Of a stretch of DNA of 64,000 nucleotides, positions 44,203 to 57,900 are shown piece after piece. The stretch's first letter is position 1. Each line of letters starts with the position of its first letter. Source of the DNA: Piromyces finnis finn. Taxonomy: Eukaryota > Fungi > Neocallimastigomycota. The stretch spans positions 248,001 through 312,000 of the forward strand of contig MCFH01000007.1 in assembly GCA_002104945.1 (NCBI GenBank), in the 5' to 3' direction. A program made the translations under genes and the position numbers. The notes beneath the pieces were generated by a model, which did not search any database, had not been told where the DNA came from, and saw nothing but the letters and a program-made list of their open reading frames with translations.

Positions 44203-46245
44203 ATGCTTTCCAGTATAATATTGTTGTTTTTCCTAAACATCAGTGTTATATCATGCCTTAATACCTCATTAAGTTTTAAATGTATGTAATTGAAAAAACT
44301 AAAAAAAAAAAAAAAAAAAATAATAAAAATATCTAAATATAATATTATATATAATAATGTAATACTTTACATAATTTAATTTATATCAAATATTATAATA
44401 CTATTATATTTATGTTTTTTATATATTATTTTAAAAAAGATTCTAATATACAATACGAAGAAACAAATGAAGTTCAAATTCTTAGTCTGAGCAACAGAAC
44501 AATTAATTATATTGTAATAAAGAATGAGAATGACGATAACGAAGGTATTTTTCGTCTTGGGATTAAACAAAAGTATAAAAATTATTGTGAAAATGAAAAA
44601 AAATGTAAAATTTTTGCTAAACCATTAAAGAATACTGCTGTTGCAGCAAGAGAAGTAATCCGTTTTATAGAAGTATGCTTTCTTTATTTATAAAGTAAAT
44701 ATTATTATTTTATTAAAAATTAATAATTAATACAATTAATTCTTATCAATAGTTGTTCAATTTTGATGGCAAAAAATCATTAATTAACTATATAATTGGA
44801 AATTATTCTACAACTGGATGTGTTTTTAATAATGCAAAAAGAATTCAGTCTAATGATACTCTCAGCACCGTTCCATTAGATAGTTTATTTTATATTGATT
44901 CATCTCCTTATACTATTATCCAAAATTTTAATGAAGTGTCTATAAAATTTGGAGCTCTTGAAGAAAAAACACCATTAGCTGTATATATATGAAATAGAAT
45001 AAAAATAAAAAATATAGACAAATATTTTAGTGTTTGTTATAATATTTATATATATATCAATTAATTCTTTTATTAACTAAAATAGAGGGCTGAATGGTTA
45101 AAATTTATTTCTGTATTTTATGGTTATGAAAGAGAAGCTTCTCAACTATTCAGTCAAATTGAAGAAAACTATAATTGTAATAAATTCTTAATTAAGAAAC
45201 AAAACCTTCTTGCATCAATGCGTGTTGTATGGCTTAATAGAGTTTCCCAAAATCAAAATCTCTGGGTTATGAATGATTACCTTTATAAAACTGAATTATT
45301 GAAAGATGCAGGTAAATTTTTAGTATAAATAGCCATTATGGATAACATTTCAGAAATATATAAAACTTTATTGAATAAATAAATAACCATATTTAAACAA
45401 AAATTACTCATTTTCAGGTGCAGAAATTTTAACTATAAAAGAAGATAATGTAGAAAGTTTACATAAAGTCTTAAAAAATGTTCATTTTGTTATTGATGAT
45501 ACTGAAATCACAGATGATTCCAATGCTATGGAAGAATTTTATAAAAATTATGAATATAATGATGAAAATTCTAAAAGAGGAGTCAACTTCCTCTCCAATA
45601 AAAATATATTGACTAATGATGGTTCACGTTCATCTACTGGTATTTCATCCTGGAAAGAAGATTATTTAGTATATCCACATCTTGTTTTAGCTGGTAACTA
45701 TTTAATTAACCCAATTTTAAAGATAAAAGATTTATATATCACATATATATTTATTATTATTACAATAATTAATATGTAATAATATAGATTTAATTTACTG
45801 GTTCCACCCAAAATTACCTGTTTCTAAATATTTTAAATTTGAAATTGAACAAAATAATTATGATAATCACTATTGGTTTCGTAATATTGCAAAAAATAGT
45901 CCTATTCATATGACTTCAAACATCAAATGTCCCACTGAAATCCCAGATATTATCACTCAAACAATTTGTATTAATTTAGATGATTATGATGGAGACTATA
46001 GTGACTATTATGCTTTTTATGATATAAAAACATTTTTAAAAAAGTATATACTAATGTACTGGTATTTAATCGCCTTTTTCGGATGTTTTTTGATTGGATT
46101 AATAGCCTCTGTTCACTATATCTATAAAGGAAAAATATTAAGAAAATTAAAAAATAAATTTTCAAATAAAAATATTCACTATGCCAATAATGAAAATGTA
46201 GCTAACCATAATTTTTTTATATTAGAAGATGATGATTTTGAATAA
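44203..46245 (+). CDS. CBA1-like (cobalamin acquisition / Fe-B12 periplasmic-binding fold) type I membrane protein A, 6 exons, 499 aa
   Basis: Exons 44203-44281, 44440-44672, 44753-44980, 45086-45311, 45418-45693 and 45788-46245 sum to 1500 nt in frame. Signal peptide; EEKTPLARAEWLKFISVFYGYE; YNC; WKEDYLVYPHLVLADLIYWFHP; YWFRNIAK; C-terminal TM helix. Confidence 0.78.
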
Positions 46246-48418
46246 ACATATTAAACATTTGGTATATATAAAAGATATCCAGTAAATAATTTCAGGGAGA
46301 AATAATTATAAAACAAGTATTGTACATAAATATATATACAATCTATATTTATAAATTTACATAATAATGTATATTTAAAGATTTTCCAATTCTTATTTAA
46401 TTTTTAATAGATAATGTAATATAATAATATAATAAACATAATTAAATATAAAAGTCTATATCAGAGTTTTAAATCTAATTTATATTATCATTAATTTGCT
46501 ATGCTTATTTTATATTTTTAATCATAATTTGAAGGAATAATAATAACCTTAAGTTTTAATATAAAATATATAATATTCATAATATTGATATTAACAAAAG
46601 ATAATTATTTTATAATAAATGTATATAATCAATAAAAAAGCTTATTATCTAATTATAAATTTTTTAAATTTTATTTATTATATAATTATAAAAGTATAGA
46701 AATAAATCTATATAGGTTTATTTTTTAATTCTGAATTTTTATTATCAAGATTTGTTTATTTATTAAAAATCAAATAAATGAATATATTTGAATTTAATAT
46801 TAATTAAAGTTTAAAAAAAAAATTGAACTCCAAAAAAAGGAAAAATAAAAATTTAAATTAAAAAATTAATATTAAAACTGCGCAATACATACATTTTTTA
46901 AAATGTGTATGGTTAACAATGTAAGTTACAATTAATAAACAAAATTATTTATTATTTATTTTTTTCGAGAAGAGTAAACAATGCTTAATATTAACTATAT
47001 ATAAAAAGAAAAATTATATATTATTTTATATAATGCAATTTATTAATATTAATAATAATAATATTAATAAATATTTCTTATTAATTATCAAAAAGTGTTT
47101 ATTATAAAATTCTATATATTTTTTCATTCCTAATTACTTTATTAATATATAATAAAGCTATTGTTCTATTGTTTTTTTTTTATTTTTACGCTTAATTTAA
47201 TGTCTCATCATGTATTAAATAAACCTACAAATATAACTGAACTGAATTAGAAAACTAATTCATAAACTTTTTTAAATGTTTTTTATTTATTTTAGCATTT
47301 CTATTATAACATACCTATATTAAAAATATTCCTAGTTAAAGTGATATAAAAGTGGCTTTTAAGTCACGTGCAATAAATTCCTAAAAAAGAAGAAAATATG
47401 CGGCTAAATTAAAACAAAAAATAAAGTTTAATTAATAAGATTTTTAACTTTTATTTCAAATTATTTTTCTATAATAGATAAATAAAGAGAATAAATAAAG
47501 AGAAAAGATATATAATATGATGAAAAAGTGTAATAAATATAAAGATATTTGCAAATTAAAAGTATAATTATATACAAATGTGTTTGTATTTGTGATATAT
47601 TTGTATATTAATATTTATTAATAAATGATAAATAAATAATAAAACTAAAAAGTTTAAAATTTTTAGTATATTAAAAAAAAGTTTTTTAATATATTAATTT
47701 ATATTATATAATATATTAAACAAGATTTTTAATTTATTTTTTTAATATAACAAAAATTTTAAACAATTTATTAATAAATGTTTTATAATCATTTTTGCTA
47801 TATATATTTTATTATTAAAAATTATCGAATTATATTACTATTTATTTATTAATTTTTTTTTATTATTTATTAACCCTTTAAAAAAATAAGTTAATATAAA
47901 AGGAAAACTATTTAATGTTTATTGTTAAAAAAAGAAAATTACAAAAGTATTAAATATTTAAATTATAAATTAAAAAAAAAATATTTTTATTACAGATAAC
48001 TATATATATAAAAATTGCTTTTTTTTTTTTTAATAAAAAGACATATATAAAGAATAAAAAAGTAACGTAACAGATTTATTAGATAAACCTATTACAAAAT
48101 TAAATAAGACTATCTTTTAAATATTTATTAATAATATTAAGAATTATTTATTACTCAGTACACTTTAAAATGCTTATTTAATTCTTATTTTTACTATTTA
48201 CATACTATTACATTTAACCTATATATATTTAAATTGTATCTCCTTTGGTTTGTTTTTTTATCAAAAAAGTTATATTTAATATTTTATCGTTATACAAAAG
48301 ACAAAATTTGAATTAAAAAATATTTAAAACCATAAATACATTTACTATATAACTTATATAATAACAAAAATAAAAGAGAAAGTAAAATTAAAAAAAAAAA
48401 GAAAAAGAAAAAAAAAAA

Positions 48419-50473
48419 ATGAAATCTTTATTTTTTACGATCCTCACTTTTACTCAAACTCTGTTAATAAAAGCTTTAAATCCAAATCTTCAATTCAAAT
48501 GTAATTATTAAATATATAAAAAGTACTTAATAAAATAAATATAATTCCTAATTATTATTTTCTTTTTTCACTTTTTCTTCTTCTTCTTTATTTTATTCCT
48601 TTTCTCCAATAAAAAAGATGCAAATACAATTATATATGAACAACCAGTTAAAGAAATCCAGGTTTTAAAATATAAATTGGAAAATGTATATTATATTATA
48701 TATGAAGAAAAATTCGCAGATTCTCCTATTTATCATCGTGGATTAATTGATACATACGAAAAAATTTATTGTTCAGATGGTAATTCTTGTCGTTTCTTCG
48801 CAAAGCCTTTAAAACAAACAGCTGTTGATAGTTCACAAATTATTAGATTCTTTGAAGTAAATAAAAGATACACAATAATAAAAAGTAGAAAATGAATTAA
48901 TGAATTTTTAATTAAATATCATTTTAATAAATTTATTATATCTATTATTTTTTAAGTATTTCGGTACTGATATAATTAAGTACTTAGGTAATGTTGGTCA
49001 TATTACTAGTGGTTGTGCTTATAATAATGCAATGTTTTTAGAAGCCAAGGATAATCCAGAGGTACTCCCAATTGATGGCTTTTTCTACACAGATCCAAAT
49101 TCAAATTTTGTTAAAGCTTACAAGGATCAATCAATTTATTTTAATGGGATTAATGAAAATACACCAATGGCAGTAAGTATAAAATAATAAAAATAATAAA
49201 ACCAGGAAATATAAACAATTAAACATAGTAATATATAAAATATAATTGTAGTTGCTCAAAATAATAATTTTTACATTTGTAAATTTTTTTTTAGAAATTT
49301 GAATGGATTAAATTTATTTCCGTTTTCTATGGATTGGAAAAAGAAGCCACTAATATTTTTGAAAGTGTTTTAGCTCAATATAATTGTAATAAAAACTTAA
49401 TACAAAATAATAAACTCTTTGCAAGTCTTCGTGTTGCATGGCTTACAAGTCAAGCTCCAAATAAAGAAAGATGGTTTACTAATGATTATGAATATGTTAA
49501 AGCATTATTAGCTGATGCTGGTAAATTTAATTCTTTTTAAAAAAATTAATAAAATTGCATAACTGTGATATTATTAAATTATTCATATCAACATTTATAT
49601 TTTTTTTTTTCAATATATTTAATAGGTGCAACATTAAATCACGATAAAGAAATAACTTCATACAAAAATGTTAAAAGTGTTCTTTCCCAATCTCATTTTT
49701 TAATTGATATATCATCTGAATCTTCTGGAGAATATAAAATTACTGACTTTTATGATCAATATCGTTATAATATTAATGATGATTTGTTATTATTAAGAGA
49801 AAAAAACATTATAAGAAATGATGCTGCTCGTTCTGAAGATGGCGTAAGAACTTGGGAGGATGATTACATGGCATTTCCACATCTTGTTTTATTAGACTTA
49901 ATATATTGGTTCCATCCAAGATTATTTGTAGATAACGGATATAATTCAAATATTGTTAAAAAGTTATATGGTGATATTTCTGTACAGAATAGTACACAAG
50001 ATGCAGCTTCTCTTATTCAATCTATTACAAATGGTAATAATACTAATTCTGCAAATAATACTGTAGTTAATGATACAGAAAATACTGAAGCAAATAAATT
50101 AAGAAAAAGAAATCACATTTCTCATAACGTTAGTAGTTATTGGTTTAGAAATATACCAAGAAATACAAACTTTAAAATTATTCCAAAAGAAGGTTGTCCA
50201 TCCGTACTTTCTTCATATGTAACTAACAATATATGTCTTTCTGATGTTTACTTCAAGGGTGATTATGATGAGTATGCTGCTTTTGATGATGTAATGACTC
50301 AAGTAAAGAATTATGCTATTATTTATTATCCAATAATTGGTATCGTTGTTATATTTAGTCTTATTTTAGGTTTTATCTTCCTTAAAATGTTTAGAAAACG
50401 CCAATTAGAAAAGAAGGGTTATAACGACAATCAAAAGATTTTATACGATAATGAAGGTTTTATGGAATTTTAA
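48419..50473 (+). CDS. CBA1-like type I membrane protein B, 5 exons, 536 aa, tandem paralogue of A
   Basis: Exons 48419-48500, 48618-48856, 48957-49172, 49295-49520 and 49626-50473 sum to 1611 nt in frame. Signal peptide; ENTPMAKFEWIKFISVFYGLE; YNC; WEDDYMAFPHLVLLDLIYWFHP; YWFRNI; TM helix YYPIIGIVVIFSLILGFIFL. Confidence 0.78.
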
Positions 50474-50723
50474 ATAAGTAAATAACAAAAATAGTTATCA
50501 TGGAATCTTTTATATAAATGAAATGTTAATAATAGACGTTTTAATATAAATATTTAAGATGAGAAGAAATAAATACTTTTGTATTATATATTATATATAT
50601 CAATTTTTCTTATTTATTTAACGATAACAGTTTTAAAAAAAAAAAAAAAAGAAGTTAAGATATATATAATATTATATTAATATAATAGATTTATAGATTT
50701 ATAGTTATAATTTCTCATTTTTC

Positions 50724-50727
<4 letters not shown>

Positions 50728-50779
<52 letters not shown>

Positions 50780-50782
50780 TTA
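50728..50782. repeat. (TTTA)n array
   Basis: Direct reading. Confidence 0.8.
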
Positions 50783-50855
50783 CATTACATTAAAAATATT
50801 AAAATAATAATAATTATTGAATATTAAGAAATATAAAATCTTTTATATTATTAGC

Positions 50856-50898
<43 letters not shown>

Positions 50899-51646
50899 TA
50901 CATTTAGCACTTATTTACATAAATATTTATATTGTAATATTATAATTAATAATTATAAATAAAATATATATAATCAATTAGAAAAATATATATAAATGTA
51001 GGTGTAATATATGGTAGTTAGTATATCACTAATTCCTTTATTATATTCTTGAACTATTTAGCTCCTCGTTTAACTGAGCTATTTTTCTACTATTTCTACC
51101 ACTATTTATCCTAATATGACTTTCATCTTATACAAAATACTATAAAAAAGTTTCTTAATAATTTTACTATAATTCTTATTATAAATATAACTAATATTAT
51201 AAAATAAAGTTATATTATTTGTTTTGAATTTATTTATTAAATTTTTACCATTCTTATGTTGTACAAATCTAACTATAAAATTATAAAAATGAAAGAATCA
51301 AATGAAAAAATAATAATAATAGATTTTTGATACCTTCTTAAAAGAATATTATTTTTTATAATTTTTATTAATAGCTATTTTTATTTAATTAATAATCATT
51401 ACATTATATATGTAATTATTAGTAATAAAAAATAAAATAATTGTAAGCATTGATTCTTTATTAACTCCTCCCTACACTATCATAATATATATCAATGAGG
51501 AGGTAATATTTCACATATAACACTTTTTTAAATTCTTTGAACAATATCAAGTTTATTTTTTTTAAAATATAATAAATAAATATATTATTTTTTTATTATA
51601 ATAATCATGTTGAAATTAATGAACAATAATTTAATTTATATAAATT

Positions 51647-52957
51647 TGAAAGTATATTATTTCTATTTATATTTTTAGCCTTTGGAATGGATTCAAATGC
51701 TCGATTGAAAATGTTTATATGCCTCATAGTTGTCACAATATCTATGTTGATCACGTATAGTTAGAAGTTCGCTTGTAGTTACAAACTCACTCGTCCCATC
51801 CATCGATTCTTGTTGGTGATTTTAACATGTCTAAAGTAAAAAATTAAGAAGCATGGAGATATTAAAGCAGTTAAAAACTTTCATTGTAAAGATCTTAAAG
51901 GAAATTCAATCAAAGCGAAATACTATGATGATAATAAGTTTATTGAAACTAAAAATTTTATTAAATTATGTTATGAGTACTCAAAGTTTGCCTATGGCTT
52001 CTACTGGCTATTGAAAGCAAGAAGCGGATACAAGTTAGATGCTAAAATTGCAGAAGCTGGCAAACTTGTTGATCCTGTTTGTCCTAACTACTGCCAATGT
52101 TGCAAGAGTTATTAGATTGTCCAACTTATAGAGATATTCGTATTAAACATTACAATTCCATAGTCCAACTATTGAATTTTTTCAGTCAACGTAGTTCCAA
52201 TAGTCCTATCAATAATAATGAAAATGTTTATATCAGTAGAAATAGTAATAATAATAATAATAATTTTAATAATAATTATAATTTTAATAGTAATAGTAAT
52301 AATAATAATAATAATAATTTTAATAATAATTATAATTTTAATAGTAATAGTAATAATAATAATAATAATAATTTTAATAATAATTATAATTTTAATAGTA
52401 ATAGTAATAATAGTAATAATAGCAATAGTGAAGATAATAATTCTAATTTAAATAGCAATATAGTTAGTAATAGTTCTAATAATCCGGCGAATATTAATGT
52501 GTATGATTATTCTAGTGTGTGCAATAAAATATTTAAATTTCTTTTTGGGGGAAGAAGTTTTAATAATATCAACTACAATTTAAGGGAATGGAAAGAATTC
52601 TGCAAATGTCAGATTCATTCTGGCACTGTAACAGCGGAACTTCTAACCAAAATCATGCCTTTTGTTATTGGCCAGCAATAGTCAATATTCAAAAGGTTTG
52701 AAGCAACATCCAAGAGAGATCATAATTTTGTCATGGGACAAAGTTTTGATCTTTGACTCAGTGTCCCATTGGAAGTCAAATACAATTATTATACTTTAGT
52801 GTAATAGTGGCTTTCTTACTTTAATTAAAATTACCAGAATACATTATACCCAATTTTTATTCATGTAAACATATTTTTTTTATTTTTATTTTTAATTTTG
52901 CTTTTTTATAACATCTATTATAATTTTGATTAAATTAATGATGATGTTAAAAAAAAT
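51647..52957 (+). mobile_element. Internally deleted LINE derivative: an APE fragment fused to the 3' end, with RT removed
   Basis: 51647-51840 matches about 31047-31240, then jumps to about 33650. The 3' UTR ends ...gatgatgttaaaaaaaaa. Contains stops. Confidence 0.85.
52246..52410. repeat. Three-copy 51-54 bp minisatellite (encodes N6-7FNNNYNFNSNS) inside the LINE derivative
   Basis: Direct reading and translation of ORF 52097-52681. Confidence 0.85.
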
Positions 52958-54944
52958 TACATAAATTTTATATTTATATAATAAAATAAAATGATATATA
53001 TTACTATATCAAAAAAAAAAAAAAAAAAAAATACAAAATAATTATTCAATTTTTTTTAAATTAATTATATATAATTAGTTATATATCTTATTAAAGTATT
53101 GTTATTAATAGTAATAAATATAATAAAGAAGAATTCATTTATTTTATATTTAAATTAATTATATAATTCATGCATTTTTTTTTTTTTTAAAAAAAAAATA
53201 CTAATCAATTTAACATCACCATAATACAACTATGTACAAGAAAAAAAATATAAAATTTAACATTTAAATAAATATGTAATTGAATATTTTATTAATTTAA
53301 ACATGGAATAATAGAATTTTATTCATTAAAAATAAAATAATTCTATTCTACTTTTATAATTTACTATCCATTTTTGATTTTCTATCAAAATATTTTATTA
53401 CACAATTGCTCAGCAATATAGTTTATCATACTATTTAAATAATATTTTTTGCTCATTTAAATATACGAATTCATTACAAAAGGATTAGTAAAATAAAAAT
53501 ACTACTCATATACATTTCTATTGCTGTATTTTTCATTATTTTATGATATAACTGTAAAATATCTAATTAGATGTGTTGAATAAATATCATTATGGATATA
53601 AATTTTTTTTATTGAATGTATAAGATATATTGTTATATCCTATTAACTTTATTTATATAAACAAGAAAAAAATCTAGAATTATTGATTGTTAAATTAACT
53701 ACAAAATAACATTCTATAATATATTTTAATAATTCACAAAATTATATATATTAAATATTAATAAATATTATGAAATCCATAATTAAGATGAAATAATAAT
53801 AAAATTACTACTATATTTATTTTGTTAGATAACATATATTATATATATAATATATAAAGAAAATATATAGATGAAATAATATTGAATTAGTTTTCCTATA
53901 GTTAAAAATTATCGAGAATTAAATTTGAAATATATTGAATTTTATATATATATTTAAACATAAATAAATGTAACATTTCACAATTAAAAATTAGTATAGT
54001 ATTTTCATTTTAACCTTATTATTTTTATTAACTTTTACTATTAACTAGATTAGAATATGAAAAATTTTTTTGTAAATTGAAAATTTTAATTTAAATCATT
54101 CATTAATAATTGTATAAAATTTAATTAAAATTAAATTAAAAAAAAAAAACATTCTTAAATAAAACTATTTCGATATTAATTTAGGCATTAATAATTCTTA
54201 TTAATATTTACTCCTAAATTGTAATAGCAAAAAATAATAAACATATTAATATTTATATTATTAAAAACAACTTAATAATTATAAGAGAAAATATATATAT
54301 ACGATAAAAAATAATTAATATAACATATGTAAAATGAACTTTTTTTATTATAGCAATATTTTATTAAACTTTAAATTTATTTTAAAGTATACATTGTGAA
54401 TTATTGAATTATTAAATACTGAATTAACTAAGATTACATTAATATTTTTCTTTAAAATTATACCACAATTATTAAATAATATACTTAAAAAAATTATACA
54501 AAGTTTTAATTTTTATTATAAGTATATTCAATTTTTATTTATTTGTTATATACCTTTTAATTAACTATTCCAATATTATTTAAAGATACTATAAAATTAG
54601 GTAAAAATTTAAAAAATTCAGTTATATAATTATATTAATTTTTTTAAAAAAAATTAATTAAATTTTTTATTAAAAACCTCTATAAAAATTTTTATTAAAA
54701 TTTTCTATAAAATTTCTATATTCGATATAGCTTCAATAATAATCAATTTGTATTTTATATATTTCATTATTCAGAGAGAATATAATAAAATATATTTTCG
54801 CAAGTTAAATAAATTTATAGCATTATTTTTCATTTCCAATTTTAACGTTATTACTTTTTAGTTATCATTGAAAAATTCACTTCAATTATTAACAGAAAAA
54901 TATATGTGTATCATTATTACATAAAAAAGTAATAAGACCAGAAT

Positions 54945-57900
54945 ATGGCTTCAATTTCACATTATAAAGGAAATAGAAAGTCTATGGCAGATGAACTTTC
55001 TAAAGAAATGAGTCTTCTTCTTAACACTACTTTTGATAATAAACAAACTAAAAAACATAGACATAATAAAAAAAACAGAGAAACTCATCAACCATCATCA
55101 ACAAGTCATTCTTTAAAACCACATAAATCGAAAAAAAAAAATAATAAATTGTATCCACATGAAAATAATATAAATAATAATAGGAATAATGGAAATATAC
55201 CTAATTTAACAAATAATGAATATTCTTATTATATAAATCAAGAGGACAATTATAATTCATATAATATTGAACCAAATTGTTATACAAATGATATTTATGA
55301 TAATAACGACAACTATTCAATTAATAACGGTGAAAATGGTAATTTATTCATAACATCAAATTATTATCCATATTCGGATATGCCAATTCAAAATGAGGAA
55401 GAACCTTATTACGCAACTTCAAATCATTATCCATATTCTGACACACCAATTCAGAACGAAGATAGTAAGCAAATTTTAATATTATATATTTTGAGAAAAG
55501 TAGTGATATATAAAAAAAAAAAATAAAATAAAAAATAAACATTTTTTGTAAACTAATATAATTGCTTTATATATTTTGTATCCATATAAATATATATTTT
55601 TTAACTAATTTATTAAAACTATATAGATTTTTATTATGATGGTAATAATATTAAAAATTTTGAAAATGAATATGATTATTTAATTGATAAGAAACCTACA
55701 TCAAATACAGAATTTGAAAATGAATATAATAATAAAAATTATTCTAATGTTGATTTATCATATTGTGATCAAGATCATATTTCTTCATCCACGAATTTTC
55801 CATTTAATAATTATATTTCTGAAAATAATGAAAATGGTTATAATTCATCAATTCAAGAATATAATAATAGTAATAATAACAATGATAATATATATTTAAA
55901 TTCTGATAATAGTAATAGTATTTTTATTTATATTAATAATGATTATAATATTAGTTAAAATTATATTTATAAATGTACATATAATATAATGATTAATATT
56001 AATTATTTTTTTTTAATATAATATTTAAAAGATATGAATAGAGGTAATATTCAAGCCTCTGGTTTAACAGTTGATTCTATGTTATCACAAACGACACCTC
56101 TAAATTATGAAGAAATACTAAATAACGAATTAAGAAACAAATATAATACCAAAAATCCTTTGTGTTCATCAGATTTATCAAATCCAAATAATGCTTACTA
56201 TAAAAATAATAGAAAAAGACATAATCATAATAACAATGCTAATTATTCAAATTATAATAGAATGGATGAAGAAGGAAATACTTCCAATAATATAGAAGAA
56301 ATAAAAAGAAAACGTTCTCTTGTTAAACCAGAACGGTCGAGGAGAAGAAATAAATATATAAATTATACTCTAGAAAATCCTAATTACGTCATGTTAGAAC
56401 ATAGTTTTGAAGAGAATAATGAAACATACTCAGTTTATCAACATTCCTTAAATAATGATAATAATAATTATAATCAAAGTACATATGTCAATTATGACTA
56501 TGAAAAAAATAATTCTATAATATTAATGACTGAAGAAGAAAAGCTGAAGCGTCAAAGTAATATTTTTGTAAAAAAAAATGCTATTGATCCTGATTTTGGA
56601 AGATCTGAGGAAGTAGAAGAAACTCAAGATGAAAATACAGAATCTTATAAAAAAATATGGTGGACGATGGTATCCAATGCCTGTACATGTTATATACCTA
56701 ATATACTATTAGAAAGATTTAAGAAAACTGATTCTGATGTACAACAGGCATGGAGAGAAAAAGTTACTCTTTGTACTATTATTTTTATTATCTGTATTAT
56801 TTCAGGATTTTTTACTTTTGGCTTAAATAGTATCATATGTAATAATGAAACCACTAAGATTCATTATACCGATACAACCTTTTCTCTTCATGGAGTTGCT
56901 TATGATATATATATTAAGAATTTTAATGAAACTAAGAGACTTCACAGTATAATCAGTGCATCTAAGAATCAAGACATGGGTCAATACTTTTTAGACATTA
57001 ATTCAAAAAGCGCATGTCAGAAAGTTATCAATTATAATTATAATAAAAATAGTTGTTATTCTAAAACTATTGAAACATCCCTTATAAAAGAACATAAAGA
57101 AGATAAGCATTGCTATGAATCAAATGATCTTCTTAAAAATCCTGATATTGATGTAAGAAAGTTAGGAAATGTATACTATTCTTGGGATGATTTAAAAAAA
57201 TTAAGAGATAATAAGGATAGAAAAATGGTAATATATAATGGGAATGTTTTAGATATAACTGATTATCTTTCAACTGGACTGACGACTTTTGGAAGTAAAT
57301 TTACAGATATTATTCGAAATAAAGCAGCTATGGATATAACATATACAATAACGAAAAATAAAAAGTTCAAAAATTCTGTAAAATGTATGAGTGAGATATA
57401 TAAAGTAGGTACTATAGGTAAAAGTTCGTCTGGATGCATTGTAAGTAATATTTTATTAGTACTGACATTTATATTCGTTATTGGGGTAATTTTTATAAAA
57501 TTCTGTATGGCGTTAGTTTTTAATTGGTTCCTTAAATGGAAAATGGGAGATCGTTCAGGTATTATTAAAAAAATATCTGAAGAAGAAAGAAGAATGATCA
57601 AATTAAGAGAAACCAAAAATTTGAATAGCGAAATTAATAGTAACAACAAAAATAATAGAAATAAATTAAGAGAAAGCATTTCTATATCAACTTTATTAAA
57701 TAATAGTACTAATAAACGCATGAGTATGAATATATTTGATGAAACAAATCGTAGAAATAGTACTGGACAATTATCATTATTGAATCATGATAATAATAAC
57801 TCTGAAGATAAAAAAGTTTCCATCAAACAACAAAATAGAAAAAGTATGACAAGTCGATTTTCAATTCCAATGCCAGGAGAAGGTTCTAGAACAAATATTA

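Noticed and set aside
52246-52410. CRISPR-like array
   Set aside because: Tandem units without unique spacers, eukaryotic context and no cas genes.
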